Shown here: piece by piece, positions 7,621 to 15,295 of the stretch
How the letters are laid out: each line of letters opens with the position of its first letter
Numbering within the stretch: position 1 is the stretch's first letter
Origin: a virus
Taxonomy: Duplodnaviria; Caudoviricetes
DNA length: 27,116 nt
Virus record (IMG/VR): IMGVR_UViG_3300025131_000338
Span: 1 to 27,116 of that record
Direction: 5' to 3' (one strand)
Position numbers and translations under genes: made by a program
Notes under the pieces: model-generated
Database searches by the model: none
What the model was told of the DNA's origin: nothing
What the model saw: the letters and a program-made list of their open reading frames with translations, nothing else

Positions 7621-7779
7621 TACCTTTTCCAACACTTCCACCACTGAGTCGAAAATTGATTCTATGCAAGCCTGCTCCTTTTTTTCTGAAACCATAGGTA
7701 CGTTAATTAAACCGTTTAGCTCATCACAGATTGATTGTTTATTTTCCTTGATTGTTTTTATTACTACTGCTACTAACAT
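7609..7779 (-). CDS. Small hypothetical protein (56 aa), last gene of the late operon
   Basis: Translated by hand: MLVAVVIKTIKENKQSICDELNGLINVPMVSEKKEQACIESIFDSVVEVLEKVLSK; AAGGAAG SD; overlaps the int 3' end by 12 bp. Confidence 0.7.
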   Translation of the reverse strand: MLVAVVIKTIKENKQSICDELNGLINVPMVSEKKEQACIESIFDSVVEVLEKVLSK

Positions 7780-7915
7780 AAGGGTCTTCCTTTTTTATTG
7801 GTAAATGCTCGTGGTCTACTTCACAGTATTCGGGGCATTTATATTCTGGGTTCTTACTCATATAGTCTGATACGTAGTGTATTGCTATTGCTACAAATAC
7901 CAGTAATATATCCAT
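7739..7915 (-). CDS. Small membrane-anchored protein with CxxxCxxxHxH motif (58 aa)
   Basis: Translated by hand: MDILLVFVAIAIHYVSDYMSKNPEYKCPEYCEVDHEHLPIKKEDPYVSSSSNKNNQGK. Confidence 0.6.
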   Translation of the reverse strand: MDILLVFVAIAIHYVSDYMSKNPEYKCPEYCEVDHEHLPIKKEDPYVSSSSNKNNQGK

Positions 7916-7917
7916 TG

Positions 7918-8094
7918 TTATTTTTTAATCTTTCTTACTTGGAGATAAAGGGTAGTTAACCCCACGGTTATTCCAATAAGCAGCGATACCATGCTGAGTA
8001 CGGGATTGACTATGCCTGTCCAATGTACGATTGACGTGCCAACCGTGCTTCCAATTCCAATCTCAGGGTACTTCGATAGTGTATCTATAATCAT
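7918..8094 (-). CDS. Putative holin-like membrane protein (58 aa)
   Basis: MIIDTLSKYPEIGIGSTVGTSIVHWTGIVNPVLSMVSLLIGITVGLTTLYLQVRKIKK; hydrophobic segment plus basic tail; ATGA overlap; lysis cluster. Confidence 0.65.
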   Translation of the reverse strand: MIIDTLSKYPEIGIGSTVGTSIVHWTGIVNPVLSMVSLLIGITVGLTTLYLQVRKIKK

Positions 8095-8357
8095 TTCTTT
8101 TTTAATCCATTTCCCGTAAGGCGTTGTAGTATTGATTCGATTCCAGCAATATATCCTTTAATCTCAGCCAACTCCATTTGAGTTAGCTTCTGCTGGTTAA
8201 TTAATTCTATAATTATATTTTCCTGGCGTGCGAAGGATGCTTCCATATCAGATTCCAATTCCTGTTGAATCCACTGGTTCTGCTTCCATATATACCAGCC
8301 AAAAGCCACCACCATAGAAATTGGCAAACCATATTGATCCAGGAGTGCTAAATCCAC
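8091..8357 (-). CDS. Holin-like protein (BhlA-type layout: N-terminal TM plus coiled coil)
   Basis: 'LLDQYGLPISMVVAFGWYIWK' TM then amphipathic helix; directly after the endolysin. Confidence 0.65.
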   Translation of the reverse strand: MDLALLDQYGLPISMVVAFGWYIWKQNQWIQQELESDMEASFARQENIIIELINQQKLTQMELAEIKGYIAGIESILQRLTGNGLKKK

Positions 8358-8812
8358 TATTCAATTCCCATATTAGCAGCTATGTAGTGATCCACGGAAC
8401 CTTTGCCGCCAGCATTGTAGTGTTTGAGCCAATAAGCAGCACGTCCCGGCATCGTGCCAGGGATTGCTCCAGGCTTTCTACGGTAGTGTATCCTACAGAA
8501 TGCTGCCGCCAGGGCAATATTTGAAAACACACAAAATGGTATGCTTTCTTCAATCAGGCCCAACTTATACATAGCTTGAATATATGGTTTGCGATATAAA
8601 ATAAAATTGTCCCAAATATCCTGACATACCCAATTTTCAATTTGCCAAAATGAGAGTGCCGGTCCCCCACCTATCTGTTCCAGGTGACGGTATCCACTCT
8701 CTGCCATTCCTGTCTCGAACACCAGGTAACGTGCTTCCTCTGTATTTGGAATACCTATATCCTCAAGTTGGTTTAATACGTCATCTATAATATCTTTTAT
8801 GGATTCAATCAT
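8357..8812 (-). CDS. Putative endolysin (lysozyme/transglycosylase-like)
   Basis: 'TGMAESGY..LEQIGGGPALSFWQIE...CRIHY...AAYWLKHYN..GKG' with ES catalytic and G/S-x-x-Q motifs. Confidence 0.75.
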   Translation of the reverse strand: MIESIKDIIDDVLNQLEDIGIPNTEEARYLVFETGMAESGYRHLEQIGGGPALSFWQIENWVCQDIWDNFILYRKPYIQAMYKLGLIEESIPFCVFSNIALAAAFCRIHYRRKPGAIPGTMPGRAAYWLKHYNAGGKGSVDHYIAANMGIE

Positions 8813-11800
8813 CAGTATAAATCATATAGGTTATCAGCCGTTCTGTAAGAGATATATCCCCTATCTTCAGCTATACCTATATACCTTTCAAATTTTACAA
8901 TTTCATCTTCATCAAGTTGTCGTGCTCCAAATATTTTATCTCTGAACCTCGTTCCCTTGGCTATGCTTTTATATCTATCCAATTCCTGCTCAACAACCTT
9001 TTTACTTCCACCACCAGACCACCAGTACCAGGCTTTACCACCATATGGAAGGAAGTTTACAGATTTGATATTTTTAAATGCATCTGCCATAGTTTTTTCC
9101 TCATCGAATGCAGCCTTGAAAATGGAAACTCCATCACGCCATATCTTTGTTGCCATACTCCACTGCGGTCCGAGCACCTGTTTTGTGACTGCTTCTATTG
9201 GTCCATGCTGTCTGACTTGCCATGCCATAAACCTTGAGCCACCAGCTAATCTGAACATATTATCAATCACGATATCATCCAGGTGTATTTCTCTGCCCAT
9301 AATTAAATCCTTCAATGCATCAGCAGTAGCGTTAGCCAGGACAAAATAAGTCCCAAGCTTAATCATATTTGTAAAACCTTCTGCCGCCTGCTTAGGATTG
9401 CCTGATTTCATATTATCAATTGCTTCATTTCTAAATACATCTAGCTGTTTTATTGTGAAGGTTTTTAACTGGTAGAATATCCGATTATATCCTGTAGAAT
9501 TATTCAGGTAACTCTGGGGCATTTCTGATAGTGCTGCTGGCTGGAAATCAAGTAGTGTATTAAACGCTAGCATCTTCACGTTTTCTGTCATTTTTCCTGA
9601 CTTGAGGTCTTTCATCACCTGGGGCGTTTCATCGCCAAAAACCTCACGTAGCTTGGCTTTTAACTTGGGATTATTGCGTTTAGCCTGGTATTGATACTTG
9701 TCAATAGCAGCGTTTATTAAAGTTTCCTTACCGAGTGCATCTATTGCTGTAAGTCCAATTGATTTGAATAGGAGGTCAACTGCTGTGGCAGTTTTAGATT
9801 GTGTGTCAAACTCTGCTGCAATTTTTTCAATACCAATATCTTTCTTGGTGAGTTTGCTTTGCCGTGCAATGGACCTTGCCATAGCTTTTCCAGTACGATA
9901 CCATCCAGCTTCATATAAAGACCAGGCTAAATCACCAAACTGTGTTATTGCAGAGGTTGGGGAGCCCATTGTGGCTATGTAAGCAATATTTTTTGCAGTA
10001 GCCACACCCTTAGCATTTGCACCTCGCTGGAACCGGGACCTTAGAACGCTTAATACTTCTTCCTGCTGCTCACGTTTAATCTCACCATCCTCAACAAGCT
10101 TGGCTACATAATTACCAATACTATCAGATTTGTCTGTACCTTTACCAAAATAGTTATTTACTGCAATGGCTTCATTCATACCATCTATATACCCAGTGAG
10201 GGCTGCTCCTGGGTCTAAATAAAATTGGTTAATATTCTGGTTAATCACAAGGCTACGTTTCTTTGTATGTCCTGGTTTACCGCCCTTACCTTTAGGACGC
10301 ATAATCATTTGATTAACAATTGCACCTTTTTCATCTATTGTTAGATCACGCCCTTGCTTTACCTGCTCATCAGCAATAGCCTTCTCAATAGCACCCTGGG
10401 TTTTATTATCCAGGGAAGCCATCAGACCGTCATAATTATCAACCTTTCGTGGGAAATACTCATCTATATATCCCATTTCCAGGCCAGCATCCTTTGCACG
10501 TTTATATGTGTCTTCCAATAATTCCCTGACAGCATTCCATTCAGCTTCAATATCATTTTCCAGAGCGATAGTATATGCCATATCAGCATCTGAATTTTTA
10601 AGGGCTAAATCCATTTTATTGTAATCTTCATCAGATAGTTTGCGAAGCTTTTTCAAAAACGGCTCTACCTTGGTACGGTCATCCCGTATTTTAGTAAGAA
10701 ATCCAAATTCAAAATCTCTGAGTGCTTTCTTTAATTTTGGATTGATACGTTTTAACCTGGTAGATATTGGTATCATAACCTGTGACCATAAGCCAGGCTC
10801 TGGAGTTGGTTTCTTTTTCTTAGCTTCTTCCTGGTATACTTCTTCTGACACTAACTGGAATGATTCACCAGTTTCTTTTGGTTTTTGATTGAATACTGAT
10901 TTAATTTGTTCTGGACGAAATGTTATGTATACTGTACTGTCTTTAGTTTTAGAAGTTGGAAAACCACTTGATGGGTCTACCTCCCAAGCTTCAATACCAT
11001 CATAACCAATAGATTTTAAATAGGTCTGTAAATCTGGATTATTATAAAAATATTGAAACAAATTTTTATCAATATTTTCCATAAAATCTTGTTGATCCTT
11101 ACTCTCAAAAGATGCTAATTCATCTTTTAAATAATAATCAAAAATATTTACACTTTTAGGTAATTTTATCCCAGTAGAGTCTTCTATTAATTTAATAAAT
11201 TGACTTGGTGTTAATTTATTATTTAAGTTTGTTTCTAATAGAAGTGGATTGGTGAGATTTATATATGATGGAATTACTTGGGCATTTCCACCTCCAAAAA
11301 ATTCTCTATTCCTAGCATATCCACTTGCTACTTCTGGTGAGGGAGTGAAGAAAAATGGGTCTGATTCAGTCAAGTGTTCATCTCCAAAACGACTAAAAGT
11401 TTTTGCTGTACCGTGATACACAACCAGAGGATCACCCTTGTCATCTACGACCTTGGTATCTTTGAAGTATTCTTTTTGCTTAGGTGCTAACTGAAATGAT
11501 TCACGGCCCTTCTCAATATCTTTCTGTAGTAGAGATACATCACCCTCACCAGCTTCAATCAGTTTAGGTATAAGCTTTGAATTATCTTTATTGAGCCAGA
11601 AGTTAAGTGTCTGCATCATCAGCCAGGCTCCCTTCTTTTTATTTTCCTCAATAGAAAGCTTGTCACGAAAATCGTTAAAATCAATGGGCTTTGGTAGCCT
11701 TTGATAATTTTCAAATAACACCTCTGCTGGATATACTTCGTGCTTAATAATTCTATCATCACCAGTACGAATTTCCTTAAATCTTCCAACACCAACAATC

Positions 11801-14517
11801 TTGCCACCAGTTTTATCAAATTCAGACTCACCTATATCCCTGGCAACCTGAATCAAACTAACCTTGCCAAGCTTTGCAGCTTCCTGCATAACAGATGTCT
11901 TTTTCTGAAGCCGTCTTGGCTTTTCATCGTAGATTGCCTGACCTTCCTTAATAAACTTATTGGTCTGACGAATCTTATGATTTTTAATTAGTTCACGTTT
12001 TAAAGCTTCCTGATATACCGGGTTGTGTTTCATTGCAGCTTGGAGTTTTGGATATACCACAACAGCAACAGTTTTAAAACCCTGGTCAGCTAAATTATTC
12101 ATTCGTGTAGCACCACCTTTAGATAGCTGCCACCCACTCCCCTTTTCCATATATTTCTCAGGATACCTATAACCAGTAGGATGGTCATTTCCATCCATAT
12201 CAACACTAACAGCATCCCCTCCTATAAATACAACACCAGCATCGTCAGGATATTTATCCATAACAACTTCATCTTCATATTCTAATAGTGGTTCTTTGGG
12301 AGCTAACTGGAATGATTCTTCAGATTTTATCCCTTCACCAGATTTCCAAAATTTTGATGGGTCTTCTGCTAAATCTAAAACCTGTACTCTACCTTTTTGT
12401 ATACCATGTTTAGATGTTAGAACCTGTAATACCTTATCAGCTTCTTTTTGTGATTTTGCCTTAGTGTAAAGCAGCTCTTCTGAAGTCTTACCAGGAGGGA
12501 TGCCCCAAATTGCAAATTCCTTCTCAGTATCTAACTGGAATGATTCTGCATCTGGAGTAACATCAGCTTCTTCAACTCTTCCAAATCCAGCATCCTCATA
12601 CATATTGCGAATCTCTGGATCGAGAGTTGATTTATTAAACATATCGTTGAAATAATTCTTGGCCCTTCTGTATATATTAAGGATTGTGGAATCGGTGTCT
12701 AGTTGTTCACCAAAATAATAGGATGTTCCTTCCTTCTCAAATAATTCCTGGGATGTAAGCTTTCCACCTTCCTGCATATATTCACTAAAATATTTATCCC
12801 ACACCTGTTGGCTAGATTCAGATAGTTGTCTAAAATGATTTCCATAAAATTCTTCAACAACAGTATTGGCATTTGCACCCTTGTATAGGTTAATCAATAT
12901 TTTGCCGTTATCTTCCAAGGTACTACCAAGTACACGTGCTTTTTCAGTATCAGACTTTAAACCTTCACCAGCAAAAAACTCTTCAGGATCAATACCCTCT
13001 GCACGCTTTTGATCTGCTGTTATCTCCCTAACTTCTTCTGAGAATTGGAGAACTGATTTTTCTTCAAATACTTCAGGGTTTTGTTTAGCAAGTTTCTCTG
13101 CCATATCCAAAGTCTGTGTCTCGTGTACTCCTTCCTCTCTCGCACGTATAATCTCCTGTCCAACGGTTGTTTTATTAAACTTAGCCTGCTGGAGTGCTTT
13201 GTTTTGGGAAACAGCTATATTTATTGCACCAGATGGAGCAGCAGTCCCAACCTCACCAAATGCTTCAGATAATACTGCCGCAGCATTTATTTCTTTCCCA
13301 GCTACAACAGAACCTGCAACCTCACCACCAGCACCAAGTGCCATTTGGAGTGGTACTTCTGCTATTTTACCAACCTTGCCAGCCACACCAGCACTAAGCA
13401 TATCTATCAGAGCAATTGGTATTCCTTTTTTAAGACCAGTTGTCCTGGCTTCTGACATCAGCTCTTCATTTTTAAATGCTTCATATAATTCATCAGGATT
13501 AGTTACATCCACGCCATGCTCACCCATTGTTTCTAATATCATTCCAGAATATTCCATAGATAGAGATGCAATTCCAGCAGCTGTATATAAACCATATGTA
13601 CCACCAGTTACTGCACCAGGTATTGCCCCGGCTCCCATAGTGGTTCCACCACCAATTGCAGCACCCACACCAATACCAGCAGGAACTGTAGCTATAGCAG
13701 TTTGAGCATAAGCTGGTAAGAATTGAGATATTGATTCGGCTGTGATTTGACCTATAACTTCAAATGGGTCTGTGATTAATCTTTTTAAGTTACCCTTCTG
13801 AAATTCGTCATATGCTTCAGACGATTTAATTCCCTGGATTTCAGCTTGAAGTATGGCGATTTCTTCCACACGCTGTTCTGGGTCCATCCCAAGCTCATTT
13901 GCCATCATTTTACGGGTAGTCTCATAATTCTTGTAACCAGATTTGAAACGGTTAACAAAACTCTGCCATTGGCCTACATATTTATTTCGTGCCAAAGTCG
14001 GGGATTTAAAAGGTATTTTCTTAGGCTCTATTACCTCACCAGTACCTAAATTGTAAATACGGTATCCATCAGCTTCAAGTGCACCTTTCTTTTGAATATC
14101 AGCAGACCAATTCCCCATTTCTTCAGGATTCATACCTCCTGGCATTTTATCATCCATCATAAGTAGATTCATTTTTTTCAGATCATCTACAATATGCAAA
14201 CTACCATCTGACTTAACCTGTACAGCTCCCAGGGATTCCATTTGTCCTGGCTGAATCATACGTGTACGTTTTTGTTTGAATAAGCCTGGGTCTAAGGGTT
14301 CTTCCTGGAGAAATTGCTCAACCAATCCAGTAGGCTTTTCGGGCTGCTCTTGAACCTCAATTGGTTGAAATTGCTGTTGATTCCGTTTATATAATTCGGA
14401 GATAGCTTCCTGGGACATATAGTCCAGATCATTCCACCAGTCATTCAATATCGGATCAATAGGGTTGACCTGGTAACGCCCATACATTTCCAGTTGTGCT
14501 TCTGACCTACTTGGCAT
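8812..14517 (-). CDS. Giant internal virion / DNA-ejection polyvalent protein with ADP-ribosyltransferase-like module (1901 aa)
   Basis: Last of three genes after the tail block. Gly/Ala-rich hydrophobic segment; ART-PolyVal-like motifs 'VVDDKGDPLVVYHGT..FFFT..A.GYA..GYDG..FRPEQIKS'; helical C-terminal region with YFPR motif. Confidence 0.8.
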   Translation of the reverse strand: MPSRSEAQLEMYGRYQVNPIDPILNDWWNDLDYMSQEAISELYKRNQQQFQPIEVQEQPEKPTGLVEQFLQEEPLDPGLFKQKRTRMIQPGQMESLGAVQVKSDGSLHIVDDLKKMNLLMMDDKMPGGMNPEEMGNWSADIQKKGALEADGYRIYNLGTGEVIEPKKIPFKSPTLARNKYVGQWQSFVNRFKSGYKNYETTRKMMANELGMDPEQRVEEIAILQAEIQGIKSSEAYDEFQKGNLKRLITDPFEVIGQITAESISQFLPAYAQTAIATVPAGIGVGAAIGGGTTMGAGAIPGAVTGGTYGLYTAAGIASLSMEYSGMILETMGEHGVDVTNPDELYEAFKNEELMSEARTTGLKKGIPIALIDMLSAGVAGKVGKIAEVPLQMALGAGGEVAGSVVAGKEINAAAVLSEAFGEVGTAAPSGAINIAVSQNKALQQAKFNKTTVGQEIIRAREEGVHETQTLDMAEKLAKQNPEVFEEKSVLQFSEEVREITADQKRAEGIDPEEFFAGEGLKSDTEKARVLGSTLEDNGKILINLYKGANANTVVEEFYGNHFRQLSESSQQVWDKYFSEYMQEGGKLTSQELFEKEGTSYYFGEQLDTDSTILNIYRRAKNYFNDMFNKSTLDPEIRNMYEDAGFGRVEEADVTPDAESFQLDTEKEFAIWGIPPGKTSEELLYTKAKSQKEADKVLQVLTSKHGIQKGRVQVLDLAEDPSKFWKSGEGIKSEESFQLAPKEPLLEYEDEVVMDKYPDDAGVVFIGGDAVSVDMDGNDHPTGYRYPEKYMEKGSGWQLSKGGATRMNNLADQGFKTVAVVVYPKLQAAMKHNPVYQEALKRELIKNHKIRQTNKFIKEGQAIYDEKPRRLQKKTSVMQEAAKLGKVSLIQVARDIGESEFDKTGGKIVGVGRFKEIRTGDDRIIKHEVYPAEVLFENYQRLPKPIDFNDFRDKLSIEENKKKGAWLMMQTLNFWLNKDNSKLIPKLIEAGEGDVSLLQKDIEKGRESFQLAPKQKEYFKDTKVVDDKGDPLVVYHGTAKTFSRFGDEHLTESDPFFFTPSPEVASGYARNREFFGGGNAQVIPSYINLTNPLLLETNLNNKLTPSQFIKLIEDSTGIKLPKSVNIFDYYLKDELASFESKDQQDFMENIDKNLFQYFYNNPDLQTYLKSIGYDGIEAWEVDPSSGFPTSKTKDSTVYITFRPEQIKSVFNQKPKETGESFQLVSEEVYQEEAKKKKPTPEPGLWSQVMIPISTRLKRINPKLKKALRDFEFGFLTKIRDDRTKVEPFLKKLRKLSDEDYNKMDLALKNSDADMAYTIALENDIEAEWNAVRELLEDTYKRAKDAGLEMGYIDEYFPRKVDNYDGLMASLDNKTQGAIEKAIADEQVKQGRDLTIDEKGAIVNQMIMRPKGKGGKPGHTKKRSLVINQNINQFYLDPGAALTGYIDGMNEAIAVNNYFGKGTDKSDSIGNYVAKLVEDGEIKREQQEEVLSVLRSRFQRGANAKGVATAKNIAYIATMGSPTSAITQFGDLAWSLYEAGWYRTGKAMARSIARQSKLTKKDIGIEKIAAEFDTQSKTATAVDLLFKSIGLTAIDALGKETLINAAIDKYQYQAKRNNPKLKAKLREVFGDETPQVMKDLKSGKMTENVKMLAFNTLLDFQPAALSEMPQSYLNNSTGYNRIFYQLKTFTIKQLDVFRNEAIDNMKSGNPKQAAEGFTNMIKLGTYFVLANATADALKDLIMGREIHLDDIVIDNMFRLAGGSRFMAWQVRQHGPIEAVTKQVLGPQWSMATKIWRDGVSIFKAAFDEEKTMADAFKNIKSVNFLPYGGKAWYWWSGGGSKKVVEQELDRYKSIAKGTRFRDKIFGARQLDEDEIVKFERYIGIAEDRGYISYRTADNLYDLY
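10851..12546. repeat. Four dispersed in-frame 16-bp direct repeats encoding ESFQL
   Basis: CTAACTGGAATGATTC at 10851-10866, 12303-12318 and 12531-12546; one-mismatch copy CTAACTGAAATGATTC at 11487-11502. Confidence 0.95.
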
Positions 14518-15286
14518 CTAAAAAATCCTTTAATTCTTGACTACTCATTTCTGATACCTTTTTCTGTACTGCTGGCTTTTCCATTTTCTGTTTCCATGCA
14601 GCATCCACTAGATCACGGGCATAATCGTAATTAGTACCCTTATAGCCTTCAGGAACCTTAATCTCTCCACGGTTAACTAGCTTTTGAGTTTCACTTCTCC
14701 TTCTAGCTTTCCACTGATCTTCTGTCAATTCATCTTCAGGTGGTCCAGAGAAAAAGTTAGCAATAGATGCCAAAATACCACCACCTCCTTCAGCAGCATC
14801 CACCTTTGGAGCACTATAACCAGTAGTGTCAATTTCTGAATATAACTTTTCTAATTCACTCTCCTTTATCTTAATTACTGCCTGAGTACGTGGGTCCTGA
14901 TTCCTTTTATGTGAACGCTTTAACTCGTTCAATTCTTTTTCTTTGGATGAAATTTGATCTATAGGTGGCTTAGACTTTTTAAACCTTTCAGGTATATAAT
15001 CACCACCAGCACGCAAACTATCAATAGTATCTACACCAGTGGATGGGTCCTTAAAATATCCACCCAGTTTAAGTTGGGATTGGATTTTCTTTTCGGATTC
15101 AGTTAGCTTTGGAGTTTTTTTCTGCTTTTCAACAAGCGTTTTTTTCTGCTTTTCAACAAGCATTTTGCCATAAGCCTTAGCGTCTGCTTCAGCATTTTTA
15201 CCCCAAAATGTTTTAGAATTTTGAGGATTCTTCGTGTCAATTATTTTGTATTCACCTAATAAAGTTCTCTTTCCTTCTATTGCCAT
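14507..15286 (-). CDS. Probable ejection/internal virion protein (Lys-rich, 259 aa)
   Basis: Lies between two other ejection-type genes; AAGGA SD. Function from synteny only. Confidence 0.55.
   Translation of the reverse strand: MAIEGKRTLLGEYKIIDTKNPQNSKTFWGKNAEADAKAYGKMLVEKQKKTLVEKQKKTPKLTESEKKIQSQLKLGGYFKDPSTGVDTIDSLRAGGDYIPERFKKSKPPIDQISSKEKELNELKRSHKRNQDPRTQAVIKIKESELEKLYSEIDTTGYSAPKVDAAEGGGGILASIANFFSGPPEDELTEDQWKARRRSETQKLVNRGEIKVPEGYKGTNYDYARDLVDAAWKQKMEKPAVQKKVSEMSSQELKDFLDAK
15114..15161. repeat. Perfect 24-bp tandem duplication (LVEKQKKT x2)
   Basis: GTTTTTTTCTGCTTTTCAACAAGC twice. Confidence 0.95.
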
Positions 15287-15295
15287 AATTATTCC

